64,000 nt of DNA, taken from NCBI GenBank assembly GCA_019828565.1, contig JAHDYR010000015.1:654886-718885 (forward strand). The letters run 5' to 3'. Shown here piece after piece: positions 41,540 to 50,829 of the stretch. This stretch comes from Carpediemonas membranifera BICM (lineage: Eukaryota > Protista > Fornicata). Position numbers and translations under genes: made by a program. The stretch's first letter is position 1; every line of letters begins with the position of its first letter. Under the pieces are notes generated by a model that had not been told where the DNA came from, searched no databases, and worked only from the letters and a program-made list of their open reading frames with translations.

Positions 41540-44500
41540 TTACAGCTTCTGATAGAGCTCGATGACAGCCTCGAGAATGGTGCCGACGCTCCATGCCTGA
41601 GCGGGGCAGCTCCCGTGGCATACAGAGCCGTCTCCCTGTGTGAGCTCAACCAGCGAGCCCCAATCGGAGTCATTAAAGATGTGGCGCTTCGTGGCGTCCA
41701 GCGCGGCGGCCACTCGCCAGACCATGTCCTCGCGGTCCTCGCCGGGGAAATAGAGCGCGGCGCGGAGGATGTAGCCAAGCGGCCAGACCCATGCGGGCCC
41801 CTGGTGGTATGCGGCGCCGCATGCAGTTGTGGGGTCGTCGGAGTCCTCAGACGTGTAGTGGGGGCGATAGGCCCAGTCGTCGGGGTCGAGGGTGCGGGCG
41901 CCCTGCATCAGCCCGTCGCCCACAAGGTACTTCAGCATCATCTCGATGGCCTCGGCGGCGTGCTCGGGCAGGAAGATGTCCGGGGCGACGACCATGGCGA
42001 TGGCCTGGTTGGGGCGGAGCTGGTAGTCGGGGAACCCGTCGGTGGAGCCAACGGTGTCCTTGTAGATGCCACGCTTGTTGGCGAACTGCGAACTGTCATT
42101 AGGGGAGACAAAGAACTTGCGGTCGAAGAACCGGAAGATTCGGTCGCGCCAGTCCTTGATCTTCATGATCTCGGACCCGACATAAACAGAATCATTGGCC
42201 ATTCTCTTGACAGCGTTCGCCATGACCCACTCGAGACACGCAGCCTGCAGCCCGACGATCTCGACGTCCGCACCGTCCCTGGGAGTCGAGGGGACGCCCC
42301 AGTTGCCGGCCCGGCGGGACTCGCCCATCTTGTCCATCCAGGTCCCGCAGTTCTGCTTGTTCCCACCATGGGCGAACCCGGTCTCGGGGTCGACGTGGAC
42401 GTCCACGTTGAACCCGTGGGCCTGCATCTTCTCGTCGATCTGGGTGCCGGCGTTCCATTCGCGGTAGTGGATACCGCGGGCATGGGCGCTGAGCGCCTCA
42501 TAGATCAGCTCGGTGATGGTGGTCCTGTTGGCCTGCGGGTCGATGACCGAGACCGTCTTCCGGCGAGGGATCCGGACCCCGTCGAAGGTGACGTAGTCGC
42601 TCTGCTCGTCTGACTTGAAGAGGCGGACAACATCGGCGTCTAGGAAGGCCTTGCCCTCTGGCGCAGCGTCGCAGTACTGGGTAACGGCGTACATCCACCA
42701 CCACACCGCGTCCCGGCAGTTGTACCGAGGGTTCCGGCCGGAGTCGAGCAGGTTAGGGATCAGTCCGTGCCGCATAGCCGCCCCGAAGCCGAGCAGGATC
42801 TCACGGGCCTCGTCGAAGCGCTCGGTGAGGAGCAGGAGGCCACGGAAGGCGATGAACGTGTCCCTTCCCCAGGCCCGCATGAAGCCGTGGGTGAAGTGGG
42901 GGAATCCGGCCGCCAGCGATACCTCGTACGTAGGGGGGTCGTTGGGGCAGAGCACCTTAAGGACGGCCGCGTCGATCAGTGACGCGCCGCCGCACACGCC
43001 GACGAATGGGATGGCGGCGATGGCGAGGGACCGGATGAGTCTGTCGCCGTCCCTGATCTCGGGCGCCATCTTCAGGAGGGCGGCGTTCTTAGCCGCGCGA
43101 CGGATCACCTGGAGGTGGATGTCCATGGCCCACGGGTGCAGGAAGGACGGCAGCTGTTTGATCGTGGCCAGCTTGTCCCGCCACCATGCCGCGACGGGGG
43201 CCAGGGCGGCGTGGCCCTTGTTGACGTATGCGTCTAGGCGGTTGACGACGTGTTCAGCGAGCCACGGCCCGTTCCTGATGTTTGACAGCAGAGGATGGCC
43301 CATGTCGGCCCGCTCGCGGCACTGGTCGAGGATCTTGCAGATGGACTCGATGCCGCAGAACAGCAGCGGGCCATGATCGGGGACGTCGTACGCGGAGAAG
43401 CCGATGATCGATGCCTCCTCCTGGGACTCCGTGAAGAGAAGGCGGGAGATGTCCTGGATGGAGCAGTCCGCCAGCATCGTCTTCAGCGGGGCCAGCACAG
43501 CCTTGGCGTTGGCCGGAACCTGGGCGCCCTTCAGGATGAACGGCAGCACGTACTTCTGGACGCTGAGCATGTTGTTGCAAGCCGCCACGGCGGTGGAGGA
43601 GTCGGGAGAGTCGACGTCGAACACGGCGATCGACCCGGGCGGGAAGTTCGTCAGGCGGAGCCACGTGTCTCTGCCGTCGACGTCCACGGCGGCGATCTCG
43701 TTGAACGTGCCCACCTCGAGGCGGAGGTCGCATGGGGACGGGGTGATCGTGTGTTTGGCAGTCAGCCCCTGGGGCGGGGGCAGCGGCTGGACCGTGACAC
43801 TGGCGGCGACATGGACGTTGCCGATCCGGCCCGGGATGTGGATGGAATGCGGCGCGTCAGACGGCTCCTTGAAGGCGGGCCGGGCGACGAAGAAGACGGA
43901 CTTCCCGGTTCTCGGGTTGTACCTGTTGATGCTGATGACCCCAAGCTCCTGGTGGACGTGGGTCTGTGAGTAGCCCTCGGCCGCCAGCCGGCAGTGCAGG
44001 GTGTTCAGAATGGCCTTCACCTGTGAGATTCCGGGCCAGGCCGTCTTGGGGTAAGACGAGTACAGTCTGTTGTCCCGGACCACGTCGATCTGGGCAGATA
44101 CGAGCTCATCAAAGCCCCGCACGCTGCCCGTGGTCGACACGCAGCCGGCCACCAGGCAGGCGGTGGAGAGGGCGTCTGCGGCCGTCCTGAGGGAGGCAGG
44201 GACCTCGTTGTCGTGGGTGCAATCGAAGAGGAGGGCGGGCAGGGCGGCCGATTTGCTGTTCGTGGCGAACGTCAGGGGGCGCTCGAGCTGACCGCACACG
44301 TCACCGCCGAGCTCGTAAATCAGACCGCCGAGCTTGAACGGTGTGTCCGGCGCTAGTGCCTCGCGCACGAGCGAGTCAATGGCCAGACGAGACGCGAACT
44401 CGACGTCTGCCGCCTGGGAACCGGTGAATAGCTCGGCGTTGACGTACAGGTTCGGGCGGATGGACCGGGCGACGGCCAGGAGATGCTCGGCCAGGTGGAT

Positions 44501-46525
44501 GGGCGTGGAGTGTGCGTTGTCGATGCGGAACCCGTGGAAGATCCACGCCATGGTCTTGGCGTACTGCTCCATGTACTTCCACAGCCAGGGCGAGTCCGCG
44601 GGCTTGTCACCGTACCGCAGTTTAACGCAGTCTCCCCAGATGATGATCTCCCGCCGCAAATACGACCTGGTGCCCGGTGCGGCGAAGTTCGATGCGGTAT
44701 CGACAGCACCCCAAATCCAGCCGTTGTTGGCCAGCCCGCAGAACCGGTCGAGGCACTCGTCAGCAGAGACGCCCGGGACGTTCTCGATGATGGCCTGCAT
44801 CCCGTCCGTGGTCGGTGGGAGGGTCATGTGGCTAAGCATGAGGGACGCCTCGTGGTGCCCGGCCGACGACGCGGAACGGACCTCCTGCAGGAACTCGTGG
44901 TCGATGTCGAGCACGGAGGTTGGGTCCGCCGGGTCGACCACCTGCTCGTATCGAGGGGCGCCCCTCCCCTTGGCCCTGGCAGCCCTGCCCTGGACCGGTC
45001 CCCTGAGCGACGGGACGACTGTGAAGTACGGGGAGAAGATGGGCTGCTTCAGTGTGATGGGCTTCCTGAAACAAGGGCCCTTGGGGTCGAAGAACTGGTA
45101 GGCTACAGCGTTGATCATGTGATCGAGGGCCACGGACATGTCCTCGTCGTGCTTGCTCCGCTCTCTGTCGTTGCTGACGATCATGATCTCCCGTGCGGCG
45201 TTGAGCACGACCTGCTTGATCGAGTCTGATCTCACTGCCTGGTTGACTGAGGGCCCCATGGCGTGGATGAGGATGCGGGCCGCCTTGGCCCAGTTGAGCT
45301 GGGCGCCGTGCCGCTTCTTAGTGACCCGGAACGAGCAGTGGTCGATGATGTAGCCGGCCAGCCCGGACTCGACGAGCTCGTGGTAGTTGAACGAGAGCAT
45401 CTGCTCGTTCCATGACAGATGGAAGTCCGTCTTCTCGTCGTCCGCCAACACCGGGTTCTCCCAGCGCATACCCTTCATGGCGCTGACGACGCCATCGATG
45501 ACGGTGGTGGTGGACAACTGAACGTATACGTCCTCGATGTTGAACATGAAGTACTCGAAGAGGTGCAGCCGGTCCATGACGTTGTTCCTAATGAGGCTGC
45601 GGAGGTTAGACAGCCACTGACCGACCCTGTTGTCCGGGAGTTCATCGATCCGTGGCGTCACATGTGGGAACTCGTTCAAAGCAACGCTGTTGGACATCAG
45701 ACGCAGGAACACGTCCAATAGGAAGGCAGGGTAGAGATATGACTCGCTGTCGGTGCAGTACCCGGTCTCAGGGTGGGTGGGCAGCCAGGACGTGTCCGCT
45801 GAGACGTGGTTGGCTACAATATCGACAATCGAGAGGGCCCCCCGCTTCTCAATGCTGTTGACAATGTTCTTGATCTTAAGCACCTTCTCGCTGAACAGCA
45901 TGTTACCGCTGCCCCCCTGTACGTCGCTGAACAGTGTCGGGTTGAAGTCGAGGTGGGACTTGATGCTGTAGGCGGAGTTCGACCCGCCTAGCACCTGGAT
46001 CGGGGAGAAGTGGAGCATGTTGTACTTCGTACGCAGTGTGAGGTCGAGTCTGTCGAGCCAGGAGGACAGCGGCCCGAGGTTCTTGGTCAGCACGGTCTGG
46101 AACACAATGCCGTCGGAGGGCACGTACTTGCCGTTGATGTGCAGCCTCGCCGCAATGACAATGGCCTGCTTGGTGTGCTCCTCGTCGTTGATCATGAACC
46201 AGAAGGACCCAGGATGCTTCGCCTCGACGGTGACAACCACATCACCCTTCAAATCACCGGGCTCAAGCGTTTTGGGGCGCTCAAATTTGTAACGGTGAAC
46301 GTTAGTGCTCATAGCTAGTTCGTTGAGGTTCGTTACCAGCTCCACAGGCGATTCCTTCTCAGAAATGATCGAAGGCTTTAGGAACGGCGATGCAATGGGC
46401 AAAACGATACGAATGGTGGTCCCTTGCTCTACACGGATCAAACCAGAATCCTGGGCGTGCCCATCTGGCCATAGCCGGAGTACACGACGCATAATCCAGA
46501 CTCTGGCGTTGTCGAATGACATCAT
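41540..46525 (-). CDS. AGL: Glycogen debranching enzyme (4-alpha-glucanotransferase / amylo-1,6-glucosidase)
   Basis: YNMLHFSPIQVLGGSNSAYSI, GFRIDNAHSTP, FDCTHDNE, WGRDTFIA, RYNCRDAVWWW, TWMDKMGES, QAWS. Confidence 0.96.
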   Translation of the reverse strand: MMSFDNARVWIMRRVLRLWPDGHAQDSGLIRVEQGTTIRIVLPIASPFLKPSIISEKESPVELVTNLNELAMSTNVHRYKFERPKTLEPGDLKGDVVVTVEAKHPGSFWFMINDEEHTKQAIVIAARLHINGKYVPSDGIVFQTVLTKNLGPLSSWLDRLDLTLRTKYNMLHFSPIQVLGGSNSAYSIKSHLDFNPTLFSDVQGGSGNMLFSEKVLKIKNIVNSIEKRGALSIVDIVANHVSADTSWLPTHPETGYCTDSESYLYPAFLLDVFLRLMSNSVALNEFPHVTPRIDELPDNRVGQWLSNLRSLIRNNVMDRLHLFEYFMFNIEDVYVQLSTTTVIDGVVSAMKGMRWENPVLADDEKTDFHLSWNEQMLSFNYHELVESGLAGYIIDHCSFRVTKKRHGAQLNWAKAARILIHAMGPSVNQAVRSDSIKQVVLNAAREIMIVSNDRERSKHDEDMSVALDHMINAVAYQFFDPKGPCFRKPITLKQPIFSPYFTVVPSLRGPVQGRAARAKGRGAPRYEQVVDPADPTSVLDIDHEFLQEVRSASSAGHHEASLMLSHMTLPPTTDGMQAIIENVPGVSADECLDRFCGLANNGWIWGAVDTASNFAAPGTRSYLRREIIIWGDCVKLRYGDKPADSPWLWKYMEQYAKTMAWIFHGFRIDNAHSTPIHLAEHLLAVARSIRPNLYVNAELFTGSQAADVEFASRLAIDSLVREALAPDTPFKLGGLIYELGGDVCGQLERPLTFATNSKSAALPALLFDCTHDNEVPASLRTAADALSTACLVAGCVSTTGSVRGFDELVSAQIDVVRDNRLYSSYPKTAWPGISQVKAILNTLHCRLAAEGYSQTHVHQELGVISINRYNPRTGKSVFFVARPAFKEPSDAPHSIHIPGRIGNVHVAASVTVQPLPPPQGLTAKHTITPSPCDLRLEVGTFNEIAAVDVDGRDTWLRLTNFPPGSIAVFDVDSPDSSTAVAACNNMLSVQKYVLPFILKGAQVPANAKAVLAPLKTMLADCSIQDISRLLFTESQEEASIIGFSAYDVPDHGPLLFCGIESICKILDQCRERADMGHPLLSNIRNGPWLAEHVVNRLDAYVNKGHAALAPVAAWWRDKLATIKQLPSFLHPWAMDIHLQVIRRAAKNAALLKMAPEIRDGDRLIRSLAIAAIPFVGVCGGASLIDAAVLKVLCPNDPPTYEVSLAAGFPHFTHGFMRAWGRDTFIAFRGLLLLTERFDEAREILLGFGAAMRHGLIPNLLDSGRNPRYNCRDAVWWWMYAVTQYCDAAPEGKAFLDADVVRLFKSDEQSDYVTFDGVRIPRRKTVSVIDPQANRTTITELIYEALSAHARGIHYREWNAGTQIDEKMQAHGFNVDVHVDPETGFAHGGNKQNCGTWMDKMGESRRAGNWGVPSTPRDGADVEIVGLQAACLEWVMANAVKRMANDSVYVGSEIMKIKDWRDRIFRFFDRKFFVSPNDSSQFANKRGIYKDTVGSTDGFPDYQLRPNQAIAMVVAPDIFLPEHAAEAIEMMLKYLVGDGLMQGARTLDPDDWAYRPHYTSEDSDDPTTACGAAYHQGPAWVWPLGYILRAALYFPGEDREDMVWRVAAALDATKRHIFNDSDWGSLVELTQGDGSVCHGSCPAQAWSVGTILEAVIELYQKL

Positions 46526-46705
46526 TTACCGTTTACGAGAACCTACATAAATCTAGTATCAGGCTCCCAGCATGCCATGTATTGGCATACGTACCAAAGG
46601 GTCGCCCCAAAAAGGTTCCACGCCCGTGATGCGATTCGATTTCCTCAGAATCAACTGGATCGAGCATCAACATATTCAGCGGTAACAATGTAGTTTATCA
46701 TACAA

Positions 46706-49315
46706 TCAGTCCAGCTCCGACGCCACCAGCTGGGGCGGTACCTCCTCGTCCTCTGTGTCGCTCTCGACGAACGAGATGGCGACCTTCCTCGTCTGGGTCG
46801 CCGTGTCGGCCCGCTCCCGATCGTCCGGGCCGGAGTCGGGTCCCGCTGGGTCGGGGGTCAATGGCACCGCGGTGGGCTCCCCTACGGGCTCGGGATCAGA
46901 GCTCGTGGACTCCTCGACGGGGGCCTCCACCTCATCCTCGTTGGACACCGGGTCGACCATGTGGACAGCGACCTGGGAGATCACGGCCTCCAACGCCTCG
47001 GCAATGGCGTCGGCAATGGCGTCGGCGGGGCTGTCGGGTTCCTCGGGCTCCTCTTCTGCCTGTGGTTCCTCCTCAGAGGTCTCGGGCTGGGTCTCATTAA
47101 CACCCTCGTCGGCCGCCTCAGTTCTGGGTCCGTCGACCTCGGGATGGGTGTCCTCGGTGTCGGCTAGGGCACCTGGCTCCATGGCCTCGTCGTCGGACAG
47201 GGGAACGGCCTCAGGCTCTCCCTCCGACCGGGAATCGTCGGCTGGCTCGGCGTCGGCCTCGACCATGGCCTCCTCACCGACCTCGGGCACAGGATCTTCA
47301 ATGCTAACATCGGTCTCGCCATCGGCCTCGTCCTCAATTACAGGCTCAGCCTCGTCAGCCTCTGGCTCTGGCTCCTCCTTTGGCTCCTCGACCTCGGCTG
47401 GGACCTCGGCCTCTGGCTCCTCCACGCCACTCTCCGGCTCTTGTTCAACCTGCTCTGTCTCGAGCTCAGTGTCGGCCAGAGGTGTGGGCTCCACGGCCTC
47501 ATCCACCGCTTCGTTCGTCTCAGAGCCAACCTCAGCCTCCGCGGTCACCGAAGTGGTACCAGGGACTGCAACCGGCTCGTCGTCGCTCTCATCGCTCATG
47601 CCGTTGTCCCCCACTGCTAATTGCCCGAGCTCCTCGACATCCGAGTCGTAGTCGCCGCGCTCCATGGCCCGCTCGACCTCAAGACGGCGGCGGACAACTG
47701 CCAGGTCGACCCCAAACGCCGCCAGGGCGTCCTCTGCATGGCACCACGCCTCGTTCGCCTGGGTCCGCTTGTCAACGAGGGCAGACGCGTTCTCCCCCGG
47801 CTCCCGCTCGAGGATGTCACAGATGTTGTTGAGCTTGCCCGACATCCTCTCGGCGTTAACGACCAGCCTCGATGTGGCGGCCGTGACCCGGCTTACCTCG
47901 CCCTCTCGGGTCATGGCCTCGATCTGGAGCTGGGCGACGTCCGCGTTGAGCACGCCGACCCTCTTCTCCAGCTGGTCCGCGGCACTCGCCCTTTCCCTGG
48001 CCGCCGCAAGGTCAGCCTCGAGGCCCTTGGTCACGGCCCCCATCCGGTCGACCGTGGCCCGCAGTTCCCCAATGGCCCCATCGCCCTGAACGGACCGAGA
48101 CAGGAGAGCCTCGTTCTCCGCCTCGAGCTCGGACACGCGGGCAGTGGCGGCGTCCAGCAGCGCCGTCTTGGCCTCGAGGTCCCGCTTGAGCACGGGGTTG
48201 GCCCGGGCCTGAACCTGAAGCTCCTGAACGGACGCCTGCAGCTCGGCGTACGCGTCCTCGAGCACGGCCTTCTCCTCCTTCAGCTGCTTAAGGTGCACCG
48301 CGAGTGTCTTCACGGCCGGCAGCTCCAACGGGTCCGTGGCCACCGGCCCCTTCGTCTTGCTCTTCGCGGGCTTGGCCTTGATCTTGCCCTTGGCCTTAGG
48401 GTCCTGGTCGCCCTCGGTCCCAGCCACGGGGATTCCCACGGCGTCGTACAGGGCTTCGGCTGCCGTGGCCCGCTGATGCTCCGCCTCGCGCAACTGCTGC
48501 CGCATTGCCTCCATCGCCGACTCGAACTCCGCAGCCTTGGAAGCAATGGCCGCCTCGGCCTCCGCCTTCGCCTGTGCCACCTCCTCCCTGGCGCTCCTGA
48601 GGCCCTCGACGACCTGGGTCCGCAGCGTCTCCTCGAACACGCCCCGGGACATCGCCTTGCTGACGTAGCTCGCAGCCACCACCTGGGTCTCTGTGGCCGT
48701 CAGCTGGGCCTCAAGTGCTGCCACAGTCGCGCTGAGTTGTTCGTTTTGGGCCTCTAGCGCGGCGATGGTCTCCGCGGACTCATTGGCCTTGTTTTCCACA
48801 ACGGGGTCGGCCTCGACTGCTGGCTCCTCAACGGGTTCCTCTACCGCCTCCTCTTCCCGTCGCTCCGCAGGGGAGGGGGGGGTTGCGGACGGCGGGCCGT
48901 CGGTGTCACCTTCATCGTCGGACACGGGGATTGGCGCTGTTGGCTCGGCGGGTGGTGCGTCAGTAGCGGGCGCTGCTGGTTCCTCAACGAGTTCCACGGT
49001 GTTCTCAGCACGCAGCTCTTCGTTTGCTGGCTCTGTTGGCTCCGCTTCCCCCTCGGGAGACAGATGCTCGTCAGCATGGCGAGACTCGGGGTCAGCGATG
49101 GTGATACCAATATCCGCGCCATCAACAATGATGTCTTCGCCCGGAACCTGGCCAGGAAGTTCGTCAATCACCTCTTGTGCTGGAGAACCATCGATATTCT
49201 CCATTTGTGTGTTGGAGAGGTCCTCAGCAGGTACTTCAATGGTCCTTGAGGCCTTTTTCTTGCTAGATTGCTTATCCTTGCGCTTGTCTTTTGACTTCTT
49301 CTTGCCAAACGCCAT
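46706..49315 (-). CDS. Acidic (Glu/Pro/Ala-rich) protein with central coiled coil and Lys-rich N-terminus
   Basis: 869-aa ORF with heptad-rich centre and low-complexity acidic flanks. Confidence 0.75.
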   Translation of the reverse strand: MAFGKKKSKDKRKDKQSSKKKASRTIEVPAEDLSNTQMENIDGSPAQEVIDELPGQVPGEDIIVDGADIGITIADPESRHADEHLSPEGEAEPTEPANEELRAENTVELVEEPAAPATDAPPAEPTAPIPVSDDEGDTDGPPSATPPSPAERREEEAVEEPVEEPAVEADPVVENKANESAETIAALEAQNEQLSATVAALEAQLTATETQVVAASYVSKAMSRGVFEETLRTQVVEGLRSAREEVAQAKAEAEAAIASKAAEFESAMEAMRQQLREAEHQRATAAEALYDAVGIPVAGTEGDQDPKAKGKIKAKPAKSKTKGPVATDPLELPAVKTLAVHLKQLKEEKAVLEDAYAELQASVQELQVQARANPVLKRDLEAKTALLDAATARVSELEAENEALLSRSVQGDGAIGELRATVDRMGAVTKGLEADLAAARERASAADQLEKRVGVLNADVAQLQIEAMTREGEVSRVTAATSRLVVNAERMSGKLNNICDILEREPGENASALVDKRTQANEAWCHAEDALAAFGVDLAVVRRRLEVERAMERGDYDSDVEELGQLAVGDNGMSDESDDEPVAVPGTTSVTAEAEVGSETNEAVDEAVEPTPLADTELETEQVEQEPESGVEEPEAEVPAEVEEPKEEPEPEADEAEPVIEDEADGETDVSIEDPVPEVGEEAMVEADAEPADDSRSEGEPEAVPLSDDEAMEPGALADTEDTHPEVDGPRTEAADEGVNETQPETSEEEPQAEEEPEEPDSPADAIADAIAEALEAVISQVAVHMVDPVSNEDEVEAPVEESTSSDPEPVGEPTAVPLTPDPAGPDSGPDDRERADTATQTRKVAISFVESDTEDEEVPPQLVASELD

Positions 49316-49614
49316 GCTTTTGCCTCGTCGTGTTTTCAGAAAAATCGACTCCGAAGCCAGTCAAACACAGCGCCCAGAGGAAAAAACGGCCCCAGGTGCC
49401 GCGAGAATGGGGTGTTACTGCAGCTGGAGTTGAGAGTTGACATCTGGCCTCATCCCGACCTTGCACATCTCCTGCCTGTCCGACAGCACCACTCCACCCC
49501 CACATGGACTCAGCCAGCCCTACTAGAACTATTAGTGACCTCCGCCTGCCCATCGGTGCTTACCGAGCAGTCGCTTGAGTCTCACCATAAGTGAACCGAT
49601 GTGAGAGCGTTCAG

Positions 49615-50724
49615 ATGACGTATAACGTGTTCGTCGCCTCTGGAACAGCTAATGAGCCACTAGCGGATGCCATTGTCACAGAATTGAACAAGCTCCACTC
49701 CACATTGGACAGGGACGCCGGTGTTGGCGCCGCTGACCTCCAGCTGCCCGAGGAAGACGTAGTCCGCAAGCTGAACATGTCTGTGACCCACTTTGCTGAC
49801 GGAGAGATCCAGGTCAAGATCGCAGACTGCATCAGAGGTGCAGACGTCTTCGTTGTTCAGCCCATTTCTCCTCCCTCCGTGAACGACTTCCTCATGGAGC
49901 TCCTCATCATCACAGACGCTCTCAAGCGTGCCTCTGTCGGCCGTGTGACTGCTGTCATCCCGTACTATGGCTACGCCCGCCAGGAGCGGAAGGCCCAGCC
50001 CCGGGCCCCCATCACGGCAAAGCTGGTCGCCAACCTCATCCAGACAGCTGGCGTCGACCGCGTACTGGCCTGCGACCTACACGCTGCGCAGATCCAGGGC
50101 TTCTTCGACATCCCGCTGGACCATATCCAGGGCCTCTACTTCCATGTCGACTATCTTATGAAGGAGGGCATCGTCGGTTGCCCCAAGGACCTCATAGAGA
50201 ACATTGCCATCGTCTCTCCCGACCTCGGCGGTGCTGAGCGCGCTGGCAGAGCCGCTCGCATGCTCCAAAACGCTGTAGGCGCCACCGACGAGCCCGACAT
50301 CGTCCTCATCCACAAGCAGCGCCCCCGCCCCAACGAGGCCCGTGTGCTCTTCACCATCGGCGTCGAGCGGTGCAGGGACCGCCTCTGCATCATCATCGAC
50401 GACATTGTCGACACCGGATGCTCCCTGGTGAACGCCGCGGGCCAGCTCCGGGCAAATGGCGCCAAGGACGTGATCTGCTGCATCACCCACGGCGTGCTCT
50501 CGAGAGACGCGATTCACTGTATCCGCAGCTCTGAGCACATCTCCCGCCTGGTCATCACGGACACGATCCGTCAGGAGCTGCCTCCTCTCGGCGAGGGCGA
50601 GCGGGACAACATCACCATCATCAGCACCGCGCCGTGGTTTGCGAGCAGCATCGTCTCTATCCACACAGAGACCAGTCTGGGCAGCGTGTTCATGAAGAAT
50701 GACGCCTACATACGCCGTCTCTGA
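49615..50724 (+). CDS. PRPS: Ribose-phosphate pyrophosphokinase (PRPP synthetase)
   Basis: FADGEI.V, YYGYARQERK, DLHAAQIQGFF, VSPDLGG, IIDDIVDTG, THGVLS; ATG at 49615. Confidence 0.95.
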   Translation: MTYNVFVASGTANEPLADAIVTELNKLHSTLDRDAGVGAADLQLPEEDVVRKLNMSVTHFADGEIQVKIADCIRGADVFVVQPISPPSVNDFLMELLIITDALKRASVGRVTAVIPYYGYARQERKAQPRAPITAKLVANLIQTAGVDRVLACDLHAAQIQGFFDIPLDHIQGLYFHVDYLMKEGIVGCPKDLIENIAIVSPDLGGAERAGRAARMLQNAVGATDEPDIVLIHKQRPRPNEARVLFTIGVERCRDRLCIIIDDIVDTGCSLVNAAGQLRANGAKDVICCITHGVLSRDAIHCIRSSEHISRLVITDTIRQELPPLGEGERDNITIISTAPWFASSIVSIHTETSLGSVFMKNDAYIRRL

Positions 50725-50829
50725 TAAATTGCACGTAGGGTCTGGTAGTGTTGGACCAGTGTAGGCCCCGGCTGTGCGGTCTGGATAGGTCCTCGTGTGA
50801 TTGGCCGACGATTCCATCGAATCAAAGGA

